From the NCBI GenBank assembly GCA_008632985.1, contig QPGO01000364.1, forward strand, positions 1 through 38,795: a stretch of DNA of 38,795 nucleotides, read 5' to 3'. The DNA is from Psammoneis japonica (Eukaryota). Shown here piece by piece: positions 12,301 through 25,169 of the stretch. The notes beneath the pieces are model-generated. The model did no database searches. It had not been told where the DNA came from and saw only the letters and a program-made list of their open reading frames with translations. Every line of letters begins with the position of its first letter. Position 1 is the stretch's first letter. Made by a program: the position numbers and the translations under genes.

Positions 12301-14640
12301 TGACATCATGCATCACATCAAGCAAGAAGACAAGGATTCTACCCTCTGGAAGTTCCGATGCATTGTCTCCCATGAAGGACCATTGAGACCTCACAATCCC
12401 TCTTGGAAAGGCTCAAGCTGCAACATCATGCTCAAATGGGAGAATGGGGAGATCAAGTCTGAACCCCTTGCCATCATTGCCAAGGATGATCCCATCACCT
12501 GTGCCATTTGCGCATGCCAACACGGTTTGTTTGAGACTGAGGGCTGGAAATGCTTCTGGACTACAGCTCTGCACCAGAAAAAGCTGTTCTGCATGGCCAA
12601 TCAAGCCAAGTTGCACTCCTTTCACACTGCGCCACGATGCAAGTGCGGGTTTGAAGTGCCCCGGGACTACAAGCACGCCTTGGCCCTCAATGAGCGCATC
12701 GGCAACAACAAGTGGGGAGATGCAACAGACCTCGAGATGACTCAGCTTGATGAGTGCAAGGTCTTCCACAACTGCAGACATTACAAGGACTCCAGTGCTC
12801 CATCAGCACACAAGAAGATTGGGGTGCATCTCGTCTGCAATGTCAAACATGATGGACGGCACAAAGCATGACTTAATGCCGATGGACACCTCACCAATGC
12901 ACCCATTGACAGCATCTGTTCTGGAGCAGTGTCTCTCCGCGGCCTGCAAATGATGATCTTTCTGGCAGAACTCAATGACCTGGAGATTTGGGCAACCAAC
13001 ATTGGGAATGACAGCCTCAAAGCTGCGACCAAGGAGAAACTGCACATCATTGCAGGTCCCAAATTCAGCAAGCTAGAAGGACACATCCTTGTCATCCACA
13101 AGGCCTTGTACAGACTCCGCAGCTCCCACCTCAGGTGGCATGAACCCTTTGCCAATTCCTTGTGTGCCAAAGGTTTCTTCCCATGCAAAGCCAAACCCGA
13201 CATCTGGCTGCGTGGGAATGGTGACAACTGCAAGTGCGTGGCAGTGTGTGTGGATGACCTGGCCTTTGCCATGAAGAATCCCCAGGCTTTTGTAGACACT
13301 CTCATGGAGAAGCACAAGTTCAAGCTCAAGGGCACTGAACCATTGGAGTTCCATCTTGGTTGCGACTTCACCCGTGATCCAGACAGCATCCTGTGCCTTG
13401 CTCCTTGCAAGCACATTGAGTGCATGGTTGACAACCATGCACATCTCTCTGGGGAGAAGCCTTGCACTGATGTGCTTTCACCTCTTGACAAGAGAGATCA
13501 CCCTGAGCTTGACACCTCCAAACCACTCCGACCGGATGGCATCCACCAATTCCAGTCCTTGATTGGCTCCCTGCAATGGGCTGCATCCCTTGGTTGCATT
13601 GACATTGCTGCAGCTGACATGTCCCTGTCTAGCTTCCATGCAGCGCCCCGTCAAGGCCACCCAGACCGTGCCAAATGCATCTGCGGATTCCTCTCCAAGA
13701 TGCACAATGGTGCCCTCCGAGTGCACACTGAGGAGCCCGACCATTCAGACCTTCCGAAGCCCGTGTGTGACTAGACCCAATCTGTGTGTGGGGAGGTAGA
13801 AGAGCTGCTCCTGCAAGATGCACCTGAGGCACTTGGCAAGTTCATCACCATGACACACTGCATCGATGCAAACTTGTTCCATTGCATGCTCACTGGATGC
13901 TCTGTCACAGGCATCCTTCATTTCCTCAACAAGTTTCCGGCTGATTGGTTCTCCAAGAAACAAGCAACAGTTGAGACTGCTGTGCATGGATCTGAGTTTG
14001 TCACCGCAAGGACGTGCGTGCGCACCAAGGAGCCGGACCATTCAGACCTTCCCAAGCCCGTGTACGACTGGACCCAATCTGTGCATGGGGAGGTAGAAGA
14101 GCTGCTCCCACAAGATGCACCCAAGGCACTTGGCAAGTTCATCACCATGACACACTGCATCGATGCAAACTTGTTCCATTGCATGCTCACTGGATGCTCA
14201 GTCACTGGCATCCTCTATTTCCTCAACAAGTTTCCGGCTGATTGGTTCTCCAAGAAACAAGCAACAGTTGAGACTGCTGTGCATGAATCTGAGTTGATCA
14301 TTGATCTGCGCATCACTTCATGTCACCTTGGCATCCTCATTCGTGAAACATGTTACATGTTTGGGGATGACAAGTTGGTTGTGGACAGTGCCACCATCCC
14401 GCACTCCAAGTTACACAAGTGACACACTGCCCTCTTGTTCCACCGTGTGCGTGAGGCAATTGCCTCCAGTTTCTTCAAGTTCCATTTCATCAAAGGTTCC
14501 CGCAACCCAGCTGACATCCTCAGCAAGCACTGGGGTCACTCCCAGGTCTGGAACCTCCTTTGTCCTCTAATGCTTTGGAACTTCAATCCTGAGGCTTTCA
14601 ACCAATCTGACCTCAAATCTGTTGCTGTTGACCCCTCAAG
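9314..14640 (+). pseudogene. gag-pol: gag-pol of element A (stops, frameshifts, deletion in gag)
   Basis: gag DFKHGIKHDP..LK..KQW; protease ALVDRGANGG (~10555); integrase ATDAVCSD, LISDRA, SEPHQQHQNFAERR; RT VKHDGRHKA, KALY.L, AVCVDDL (13247), HPELD; RNase H DANL.H, KKQATVETA, GDDKLVV, NPADILSKHW. Confidence 0.92.
13721..14295 (+). repeat. In-frame 297-bp tandem duplication at the RT/RNase H boundary of element A
   Basis: EPDHSDLPKPV...KKQATVETAVH occurs twice, starting at ~13721 and ~14018. Confidence 0.95.
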
Positions 14641-14641
14641 C

Positions 14642-14652
14642 AAATTGGGGAG
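14642..14652 (+). other. Polypurine tract of element A
   Basis: AAATTGGGGAG immediately before the TG of the 3' LTR. Confidence 0.8.
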
Positions 14653-16087
14653 TGACAGGATTTGAACAAGATTTCAGTTTGTCACACATTAACATGTGTG
14701 CTCTCAGTTCTGCGTGCGACACGCAATGCACTGTAGTTTCACAGCAAACGAGACTTCACGGAAATGCGCAGAATTTGCGCACAACTCCGTGGCCAAAAGA
14801 GGGGGGTACGGAATGTCCCCACTCCCGGAGCGCATCGCGCACGATGCACATGCAAAATTCAGAAAATCGCCCAAAATCACTGACGTGCATGGTGGGCGAT
14901 GCACATGAAGTCTTTTTTGGCACTGCTTTGTCACTAAAACTTGTCTGTTCAAGAGCCTTGCTTAACAAATGCCAACATGTCCTCGTCTTCTACTGCGCTT
15001 GACATGCTTCATGCTGTTTTTCTAGGGTTTGATTGGCTCAGCTTGTCCTCCAATAATTGTTTCATTTGCTGCCACTCAGAAAGTGCTCAACAACAACACG
15101 ATGACAAGGTGTGAAAACTTCCGACCACATTGTATTGTCTAGAAACATTTCTGGGTGAGGGAAGCAAATCCGGGTAATTGTTGCAATTGCACACGTAGAA
15201 AAGACGTAGAAAAGTGCTGAGTGCATCGCCCACAGTGCACACGCATAGAAGCTGTGCAGGTTTTCCCGCCACAAATGCCCAATGTTTACATGTCAGCTTC
15301 GATGAGAACGGTTGAACTTGGCTCTTTTTCACTTTCGGGGAGGAACAACCTCTGTGTTAACTGTAAGATTTATGCTGTCAGTCCGATTGAAGCTCGGCGG
15401 GGGGAAAGCACGAGAGGTCTGAATCTGTGTGCATCGTGTGAGATGCACACGATTCAGGGAGCGGGGACATGATGATCACGTGACAACAAGAAAATTTGAG
15501 TTCACACTCCAAATTCACATTGTCACAATGTACGTTCTCATTCCCTGTCACTTCACAGAAAAAGCACATTCCGATGCCTCAATCCATGCTCCATAAAAGG
15601 CCTTTTTTCATTGCACTCTGATTGCCAATCCGTTTCCTGCATTCTGTCAAACACATTCTGTGCAGAATGCCGACAGTGTTCAAACGCAGATCAGTGCATT
15701 CCGTTTATCATCACAGAATGCAAAGAGAATGTTGGCTGCTCAGAATGTGTTTTTCACATTCCTTTTGCATCTCCTCTCGAAACAGAATGTGGAGGTGCAT
15801 TCCATGAAAACAGGCCCCTGCGGAATGTGCAAAAATGGCCTCATTTCTTATGGAATGGGTCAATGGAATGCAAGAAAAAAAGACTTGTTCCATGCATTTC
15901 CATGAAGTCTCGTTTGCTGTGTTGTTTTCAAGCCACTCAGCTCACAAGAATGATGACAGCAGTGCCAATGTCAATGACACCAGTCTTTCAGCTCCTGTGA
16001 TGGTCTCTGCACGGAGACTCATCTGCTGTTTAGACAGCAGCAAGGAGTTGTTGTTTTCTTCCACCCAGTCATCTTCAATTTCTGTCG
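14653..16087 (+). repeat. 3' LTR of element A, split by a TIR element
   Basis: LTR homology at 14653-14739 and 15922-16087. Confidence 0.92.
14740..15921. mobile_element. Non-autonomous TIR DNA transposon, Tc1/mariner-like
   Basis: 28-bp inverted ends with 1 mismatch: CACAGCAAACGAGACTTCACGGAAATGC and GCATTTCCATGAAGTCTCGTTTGCTGTG. Absent from the 5' LTR. Reversing the TA loss gives TA|CAGTAAAC..., a TA TSD plus CAGT end (inference). No transposase motif recognised. Confidence 0.85.
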
Positions 16088-16815
16088 GGAACTGTCACCA
16101 ACAGATGCAGCCCACTGTCAGTCACTCATTGGGATCCTGTGTTGGATGGTTGAGCTTGGGTGCATCAACATCTGTCTTGAAGTGTCAATGATGTCCTTGC
16201 ACTTGGCATCACCACAAGAGGGACACCTCAAACAGGTGTGTGCCACACCTTTGCACACCTCAAGAAGCACCACAACACAGAGATGGTGTTTGATCCCAGC
16301 AACCCTGTCATCGATGAAGTGTTGCTTGTGAAACAGGACTGGATGACCTCCAAGTTTGGCCTTGCCATGTGGGAGGAGATCCCTGCCCATGCAGGTGACT
16401 CAATCACTTGCCATTTGCACACTGGTTTCCTTGCATGTCTCAACTCTTCCTTTGTGAGCTGGATGTTCGCCAGTGTGAAGCAATGCATGGAGTGCATTTG
16501 TGGGCTTCTGAACAAGCTCCAGATGATGGAGATCCTGGTTGTTAGACCGGCTCATGCCATGGGGGACAACCAGTCTGTCCTGGCAAACACCTCCATCTTG
16601 ATTCAACCTTGAAGAAGAAATGTCACAGTCTGGCATGCCACTTTGTCCATGAGGGTGCAGCATGCAACAAGTGGCAGACGGCACATGTCAACACGCACCT
16701 GAATCCTGGCGATCTATGGACCAAGGTGCTTCCATCTGGAGAGAAACGCAATTGGTTTGTGGGAATGATTCTGCACTGTCTTGGTGGGAAGGTGGAGTGG
16801 GCTGTGGTCAGCTGA
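16088..16815 (+). mobile_element. pol: Copia element D, right part (RT C-terminus and RNase H)
   Basis: QSLIGILCWMVELG, PQEGHL, MVFDPS, HAGD..T...TGF, GDNQSVLANT, KKKCHSLACHFVHEG, NPGDLWTK. Confidence 0.88.
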
Positions 16816-16981
16816 ACCACCTGCCAACATGGAGGGTTTTATCTGGAGTTCCCTGCCAGTGACATGGGTTTTTGTTTGGAGTTTCCCATTTGATGGATGT
16901 TTGTTTGAAATTTTCCATCACATGATGTTGATGAGTCCCTTTGTCAGCAATCTAGCTTGATGACGTGACCAAGTCAAAATT

Positions 16982-17198
16982 GAGGGGGAGTGTTTTAGTC
17001 TTCAGTCTGTCCGTTGTTGGATGGACAAGGTGACTGACACATTTGTTGGTTTGGTTCTCATGAAGTAAGACTTTGTGACGATGTCTTTGACATTCTGAGG
17101 ACATTGGCAGAAGACCAAGAGATCCACTTGAGGATCATCTCACAATTTGAACAGATCATGTTTCATTGCTGATTTGTTCCATTGATGCACTTTTAGCA
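16982..17198 (+). repeat. PPT and probable 3' LTR of element D
   Basis: GAGGGGGAG (16982-16990) followed by TGTT, downstream of RNase H. The right end is approximate and no partner LTR is visible. Confidence 0.55.
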
Positions 17199-17199
17199 G

Positions 17200-18920
17200 C
17201 ATGTTGCCTTCAGAATCAATCTGAGCAAAAAGGTTCTCCTCAATTGCACCAGCTGTGTGCAAGAATCCGTGGATCCATCCAGAAAATCAACATCACATGT
17301 CCTGGAGTCTAGGACCAGGTTGTTGTTCCTTGTGCCTGCAGGAGCTCTGTTGCCATTGTGTTTGTGAGCAATGACTCTTGCATGAGTCAGTGTGCCTCCT
17401 CATGGCACAGCATCACAACCTGAGCAGTGAGATGCTCAACCAACCCCTTTGCAGCATGCTGGTCAGCTTCCTGGCAAGTGGAGTTCAGCTCCACAGGCTC
17501 TGGGTTGTCACCCTAGTCACTGCCCATCAGGTCATCTGGAGCATTGGGGAACTGATCCTTCACATTCTCTTCCAGGTTGCCTGGTCACTCAACAAAGCTT
17601 GGTCAACTGAAGCCAAGTCCATGTCAATGGCTGGAGTCTCAAGGTCATCTCCTCCTGTGTGGCCCGCACATCCTTCCAAATGACAGGCCTGCTGAATTTG
17701 GGCAAGATGATGAGTGCCATGTCATCCCTGTAATTCTTGTCCACCACAGGCATGCAGCAGCACACAGGCCAGTGCCAATCAAACAGGGAGAGGGATGAGA
17801 CATGCAGTGCAGAGCCCAATGTCTCCTCCTCTGGCACCCTTCCTCTCATCTTGAATGTGTTGGAAGCTGTCAAACACAAAACAGTGCATGCCCATTGGGC
17901 CCAGCAAAACCACACGCATTGTGGCACGCCAGTCTGGCACAGAGTCACACTGACTCTTTTCTTCAACTCATGAACAGATGCCTCGGCTGGGCTCTGCCAG
18001 GGGCTGTTCAGTGCAAACACCTTTTGATGCATCCTGTGTTCCAAATGTCCTTGGTCTGGCCTTCTGCCATTTCTGGTGTGCCATCTGACACAAGGGTTTG
18101 TGGAACACCAACATTGTGGATGAATGACATGATGGCATCAGGATGGTCTCCTGCTTCCTTTTTCCAAGGACTGGACCTGTCGCACCCTCTTCCACTGGCA
18201 AAGATGCTGCCCCCCATTTCACCATGTGTTGATTTGGTCTTTGAGAACATCTGGTCAGAATGGAGGAAGCGTCCCTTGACAGCAGGGAGTTTGAGCCATG
18301 GGGCTTTCTTTCAAATGTTCCAGTTGGATGGAGTGCAAACATTGTGGACCCCAGCCTCGGTTGTCACTCCAAGTGCATTTTTGGCAGCCATCAGGCTGAT
18401 GTTCCATCTCTTAGACAGCACCTCAGGTGTGACAGTGGACACATGACCCAAGGTTGACAGTGTGTGCACATGCTTCCCACTCATCACAATCGGGGTGGAT
18501 GTCTGCATCACACCCATCATGCAGCCCAACTCCCTTGATGTTGTCATGGGATGCATTGGCTTGGGCCATCAAGCAGTGATGTGGAGCATCATCATCTCCA
18601 GATTCCACAATGACATTTTTGTTGTGATGCAAGCACCAGTGTGAGTGAATCAAAGCAATGCACCTGCTTGTGTTCATCAGTGTTGCTGGTTCATCAGAGA
18701 ATCAGCTGATCTTTGGCACACACCAGCACACAACAATTCCTTCCTTTGCACTGAAGCATCAGCAAAAAGCTCCTGTTTCATTGGAGATGTCAGTTCCAGG
18801 TGTGGGAAGATTGTCCAAGTCATCCTGGCTCAGCTTGTGCCAGCAGAAGACTGATGCAATGCCTTGCAGGTACAAACCTTGCAGATGCAAAGGAATCTTG
18901 ACCTTTGAGTCAGGGAAAGT
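17200..18920 (-). mobile_element. pol: Copia family B, copy 1 (integrase region); continues at 19760-19892 and 27893-28110
   Basis: VTPEVLSKRWNI, GVPQTLVSDG, SPWQSPAEASVHELKKR, FDWHWPV. DNA is colinear with ~36930-38730. Confidence 0.85.
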
Positions 18921-18924
18921 GATG

Positions 18925-19760
18925 GAATGGAAATTGAAGAAGAAATGGGTGGAAGAAAACAATGACTCCCTGTCTGAACAACAGATGAGTTTCCATGCAG
19001 AGACCATTGCAGGAGCCCAAAAGATGTGTGTCATCATGTTGGCACTGCTGTCATTGTTCTTGTCAGCTCATGAGAGCAAAACTGCATTGCCCGACAATGT
19101 GCACAGAACTAAGAGCACACACACATCTGTGTGTGACAAACCAACTAAAATCCCATTCAAATCCTGTCACTTCCCATTTTTCTTGAGGGAGCCACAGAGA
19201 CAGATTCAAGATTGGATTGGATGAGGGCCTCAGGATCAAAGTTCCAGAACACGAGAGGACGGAGGAGGTTCCAGATCTGTGAGCAGCCCAGTGCTTGCTG
19301 AGAACATCAGCGGGATTGCAGGAACCTTCAACAAAGTGAAACTCAAAGAAACCAGAGGCAATCACCTTGTGAACATGATGGAATGAGAGGGTGGTGAGTT
19401 GCTTGTGTAACTTGCAGTGCAGGACAATGGTGCTGTCAACAACCAACTTGTTGTCCCTGAACATGCAAAACGTGTGTCACAGATGGGAATGCCAAGGCAA
19501 CGCAATGTGGTGTGCAGATGGATGATCTGTTGAATGCATGTCCCAGCAGCAACAAACTCAGATCCACAGGTTGCAGTCTCAAATGTGGCTTGATTGTTGG
19601 AGAACTGATCAGCCAGGAATTTGTTGAGGAAATGAATGATGCCTGTGACAGAGCATCCAGTGAGCATGCAATGAAACAAGTTCACATCAACACAATGAGT
19701 CACAGTGACCAACTTGCCAAGAGGCTTGGGCACTGCTCTCATCAAACTGTCAAGGAGTGT
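18925..19760 (-). mobile_element. Truncated 3' end of a family A copia (RNase H, PPT, LTR)
   Basis: LGKLVTVTHCVDVNLFHC, DNKLVVDS, NPADVLSKHW. The LTR begins TGACAGGATTTGAA at 19169 on the minus strand and is homologous to 8263-8476. Confidence 0.88.
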
Positions 19761-19892
19761 CATGGACAGTCAGTCCATTTGCTTGCAGTTCATTGGGGCA
19801 CAACAATGCAATCATGATTTGGTCCCTGAAAAATGCAGCCTCATGGACTGGCAGTGAGCATGTGGTTGGCCAACGTCCCGGTCAGCCTGCAC

Positions 19893-20104
19893 AGTCACAA
19901 CTCAACGTCATTCTTTTTGCATCTCACCACTGCAACCCAGACTCAACTCTTTTCTTTGAAACATTTAGCTCATCTCACAATCCGATTTAAAACAGAGCCA
20001 ACAACTTTTTGAACCAATTGTCTGTTTGCTCTGTTGTCATTCATGTTGCTGCCAACCTCCGAGGTCTTGTCCATCCTGCCAAGCTGCAGGACTGTATCTC
20101 GACT
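19893..20104 (+). repeat. 5' LTR of element C (AGTC...GACT)
   Basis: Aligns with 27652-27887 apart from a ~24-bp indel between CAACRACTTT direct repeats. Confidence 0.92.
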
Positions 20105-20267
20105 GGTTGTGGAGACCAAGTTTACACGTTGACGAGAGCTCCTGACCGAGTCATCATCACGGACGCTTTTGGTTTTGATTTTGAAGCAAACCAGGGGAAT
20201 TGGCTGAGACTCACTCGCTTCTCTCGTCTTCACACTGACAAGAACCTCCCATGCTACACTCTCTGTC

Positions 20268-22438
20268 ATGACTGCCATCGATTTGGACGTCCTGGCGAAG
20301 GCGTTTGCCGACGCCATGGCTGCCAACGCCACTGCGAACGTTCCCCCACCTCCAACCAAGCCGTTGCATGGTGGAATTCACCAAACCCAAGGGGTCTACA
20401 TTGGTGGTTCCCAACTTGATGACACTTGCGTTCAAACCTCAAAAAGAACCCACCCACTCACCTCTCAGCGCCGTCATCCCAAGGCTCTCGACTCAATCGA
20501 ACGATCCCTTCGAGATCAACAAGCTTCCGCAATGACTTCCAAGTTCAACGGTCAACTTGAGATTTCAGACAGTCCCATCAATGAGCTTGACAAGGACCAT
20601 TTCATCAAGACTGTCAGAGATCTAGTTTTGAAGCCCATGGCCAGCAGACTTTTTACCATGTCAAGAACAGCAACAACAAGGTTCAACATATTTTTGATCA
20701 TCCACACGAGTTCACTGTGACCGATCTCGTGAACGAGTACAAAACCAGGAATGCAGCCAGCGATGACACCAAGCATGACGAGATCGAGCTCGACGACATC
20801 GGGCTCTCTCAGCTCCTCATTCACTCAAGAATCTCAAATGCCTTTCACGAGAAAATCGAGACCAAGTTCAACCATCTCAAGGACTGCCAAGACTGCCCTG
20901 GGTCTGTTCTGTTCATGATGGCTCTCAATGCTTGCAACACCAGTGCTCTGACGGATGTTGAGATGGCTAAGAAGCAGCCAGAAGACCTCAGTTTGGTTGA
21001 CCATCCCGGCAAGGATTGCACGGACTTTGCTGCCGAAGCACTTCCCATCATGAAGACCATGCAAACCGACTGCGCGCTTCCGGCAAACACAAGCTCCAAG
21101 CCACTCCACAAGATTTCCAAAACGTCCTCTGAATGCTTCAATTGGAGAGTCCACAACAAGCTTGATGATGTTAAAGCTGTGGAACGCAAGTGTTGCCTCA
21201 AGAATCCTGCGGACATCAAGTCAGACAGCAACTGCAACACGCTCAGACCGGTCGGCATCATCGCGTGGATTCAAGAGCAACACAACGAGCTCGTGAAGGA
21301 CGGGGAGTGGCCTGCATTGGTCGCCAAGCTACCCGAGAGCAACCTTTTGACTGCGGAAAACCCTGGGAAAATGAAGCATTGTTTTGGTTGCGGTCTCGAG
21401 GGGCACACCAAGAAGACGTGCCCAAAGTGCAACGCCAAACCGCCGCGTGACGATCCTCCTCCAAATCTGCTGCCTGCAGATGACCCTTCCAAGAAGAAGC
21501 AGAGACCCATCGCTGCCTGGCGCACTAAATTTGACGGAGAAATGAAGAAGCATAAGAATGGCAAGGAATGGAAGTGGTGTGCCATGTGCACGGCGAAGGG
21601 TGCCGACAAACCTGGAATCTACCAACGTCACTCTACCGTGGAACACAAGGATGACTTCAAGCAACCTCCCAAGGAAATCCCAGCAGGGAATTTGTCTTCC
21701 GCATCTGATCCAGACAGTGGTGTGCCCATGGGTCTGCCAGCTCAGACTGCCAAGGAACCAGAGGGGGACGAGTCCGATCCAAACGAGTTGGTTTTCACGG
21801 GAATGTGGTGCACGGCTACGGATGCCATCACCAACCCGGATTTCCTTTCTGACCCTGTCACTGCGGCAATTGTTGTTGCTCTGGCTTCTTCGGCCAAGAG
21901 GGAGAGCAATGCAGTCATCAGCACTGAGGTGCTTTGCACCGAAACAAGCCCACCTGTGCTCACCTCAGTCGTGGATCCAGTCGTGTCTCCCATCGTGGTT
22001 GAGACCGTCACTCCCAAAGATGCTGATGACTTCTACGAATGCCCCGACGCTTCTACATTTGAAAACAAACCACCAGCCATTGAGTTGTTTCTGGCCTTGA
22101 AGCTGTACTCTGTCAAGCATCCAGATGAGTTCTTTGATGCTCCCACAAATTTGACGGACATGCTGTCAGACGACACCAAGTTAGACCTCATTCTTGAACA
22201 CGAAGTACACTTTGAAGATGCTTGTGACGACTTGCCTCTGTGTGTTACACATCATGGATTCGATTTCTATGATCCAGAGACCCTGGATGCGGATGATTGT
22301 AATGAAAACGTCAAAGAGGAGCCCACTTCACATCAATCGTTTTTGGGACGAGTCAAGCTCTTCACATTCTGGCTCGCCGCCATGTTTTGGGAAACGGCAC
22401 TGCATCTTTGCTTTGCTCCGATCCCAAGTGTCCCTTGA
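20268..22438 (+). pseudogene. gag: gag of element C (frameshift near 20640-20717)
   Basis: GSVLFMMALNACN, L..HPGKDCTDF, GEWPA, CCHC knuckle CFGCGLEGHTKKTCP, WKWCAMC...HSTVEH. Confidence 0.85.
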
Positions 22439-22824
22439 TTTCTACGCCGCCAGCACAAACTCCCAACCTTGCATGGGTTTCCAGCCTCCTGGATGGTCCT
22501 GTCCATTGCAGTTGTGGTGTGGTCAGCAGTTTATGCCGGTCAACAGCCCCAGCATCCATTTGTGAACGTGCCAAGCCGATTTTCGACCGCCAGCTCTCAA
22601 GTCTACCACATTGTGGAAGAGTTGGATGACCGGACAGTGTTAGATTCCGGGTCGCTGTTCGAACATGACAGGATCAAGGGCACGCAAGTACTCACCGAGT
22701 TTGTTGCACGCCATCCATCGCACGCACTGAGCACTCGTCTCAAGGCCTGCTGGGAGACCCTCTAGAAGTCGCTGAATGGTCTGATGCGATAGACGAATCA
22801 GCCTTCTTTGATGCTTGTGAGGAA

Positions 22825-25169
22825 TTGGAACCTCTCGATGACCAGAAGCACTTCTTTGACGCTCTTGAGGACTTTAGCCCTGATTTCTTCCGGTTCGACG
22901 AGCTCTGTCTGCCCCATCACGTCATGGACACTGCCCATTTTCAAGATCCTGTGGAACCATTGGAAGAAGCACGTGTTAGACCAGTTGTCTACAACACCTC
23001 CACCATCCAACTACTCACTGGACAATCTCAAGCCGACCTTCTTGCATCTGATCTGCAGGCGCTCATCGGTCTGTCGGACGAGACACTCACGGTTGTCATG
23101 GACACTGGTGCCACGTTAACTGTTGCTCCCGATGAAGATGATTTTACAGGACCCATGACTGTTCCCAAGAAACCCCTGCAGATCAATGGGATTGCCAATG
23201 GTCTCACCATCCAGGGCACCAGTCTGGTTGCGTGGGTGTTCACAACGCCAAGTGGTGCTGCCATCCAATTGAATGCCATGGTGCACTACGTCCCTGGAGC
23301 CCGTCAATGCCTGCTGTTGCCTCAATGCCTCTTTAACGAAGAGAAGGGTGTGCGTGGGAGGTGTGATGGCGATGAGCACACTTTCCGTTTACATGTTGAC
23401 GGGATGGGCAAGTTGGTCATGCCACATCACCAATCAAGCCACTTGCCTGTTTCGTTGATGACCAAGGGTGTATCTGCAGCTCCCCGAGTGAGTCTGCAAA
23501 TCCTCAACGAAGAGAACCAGAATCTCACAGCAGGCCAAAAGCTTCTTCTAGAAATGCATGCACGTTTTGGTCATTTAAACTTTGGTCAAGTCCAAGCATT
23601 TCTCCGTGCAGCTCCATTCCTGTCAAATCATTTCAAGTCCACAGCGAAGTGTGACCACCCAAGATGTGAGGTGTGCGAGCATGCAAAAGGTCACAGACGC
23701 TCTCTCAGATCTACCCACAAGTCGACAGTCCCTGAACGTGACAGGGCCCTTCGTGCTGACCATCTTCGACCGGGTCAGGCTGTCAGCGTTGATCATTTTG
23801 AGTCGCGCCTCTTAGGTCGAACCTCTGACTCATGTGGGAAAGCCACATCCAAGCAATTCAAGGACGGTTGTGTCTTTGTAGACCATGCCTCTGGATGCGT
23901 CCAGGTCGAGCATCAACCAGGTTTCTCCACTGTCGAGACGATGCGAGCAAAGCAAGCACATGAGAAACATGCTTTGGACCACGGTGTCATCGTCCAAGAA
24001 TTTCTTACCGACAGTTGCGCTTTCAAGGCCAATGCTTTTGTACAACACACACGAGAGCATGAACAACGTCTCTGTTTTTGTGGAACCAACACCCATCATC
24101 AGAACGGCGTGGCAGAGCGGGGCATCCGAAGCATCTCCAACATGGCGAGAGCGATGTTGCTTCATGCATCAATCCACTGGAAGGGAGGGATTGACAGCTC
24201 ACTGTGGCCCATGGCTGTTTCTTGTGCCACGCACATCTACAATGTCACCCCAAATTCCAAGGGACATTGCCCAGTGGACATTTTCACCGGTTCGACAGTG
24301 CCTTGACATCGCTTGTGAGACATTCACACATGGGGACATCCAGCATGCGTCCTTGATCCAAAACTCGCCTCTGGAAAGAAACTCCCGTGTTGGGAACCAC
24401 ACACTCATTGCGCTTTGTTGGTGGGACTCAGTGCCATCCATTCCAGTGAGGTTCCTCTGGTCCTCAATCTTCAAACTGGAAGCGTCACTCCTCAGCATCA
24501 TGTGGTCTTTGACGATCTCTTCACTGCCGTGCCATCAATCAAGAGGGAGACGGATCCACCTGATCACTGGGAGCACTTGTGTCTCAACCAATTGACATGC
24601 ATCCCTCTGGAGAAGGATCAGATGGTCCACCTGCATGATGAGTGGCTTGCTCCTCCAGAGCGTCAACATAAAGAGCAAGACCCAGCCAGAGAGACGCGCA
24701 TTCGCGGCCATTTTGAGCCTGCTCCATCGATCACTGTGCCAGATCCACCCATTTCTCGTGATGACGTTTCCAATCAAGTCACACCTGTGACTCAACAGCC
24801 AAGGCCACCAGTCCCACCTGTGACTCAAACTCCTACAGACTCTGTGGAATCTACACCAATTCAGCCACCTGAACCTCAAGACAGCAACGGACTTCTGCCA
24901 CCCGAAGCGCCGACGGAACCAACAGCTCCTCCCCCAGTCGAGACACCTCCTGTGAAGAATCCAGAGGGAGCATCAGGGCTGCGACAGTCTTCAAGGTAAA
25001 CCAAAGGACAGTTCAACTCTGCCAAGTTCACAGATGAAGTCTGCTTTAGTTCCATCAAGGAAATGCCAATGCCGATTGGACACGAGGCTCAGCTGGCTTA
25101 TCTGGCGACTCTTGAGATGGATTTGGACAGTGGTGCCATCAATGTCGATGATCCCCAAGCCTGCGCAGC
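22825..25169 (+). pseudogene. pol: Protease-integrase region of element C
   Basis: VMDTGATLTV; HARFGHLNF..C..C (HHCC); VSVDHFES; HHQNGVAERGIR; LWPMAV; VLNLQTGSVTPQHHVVFDD. Confidence 0.92.

Larger units (their letters stand above)
8263..16087 (+). mobile_element. Full-length decayed Ty1/copia LTR retrotransposon A, nested in the RT of element D
   Basis: Matched LTRs (TGACAG...CTGTCA/G), TSD GGAAC at 8258-8262 and 16088-16092, PPT, and gag-PR-IN-RT-RH order. Removing it restores PELDTSVELSPTDAAHCQSLIG. Confidence 0.95.
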
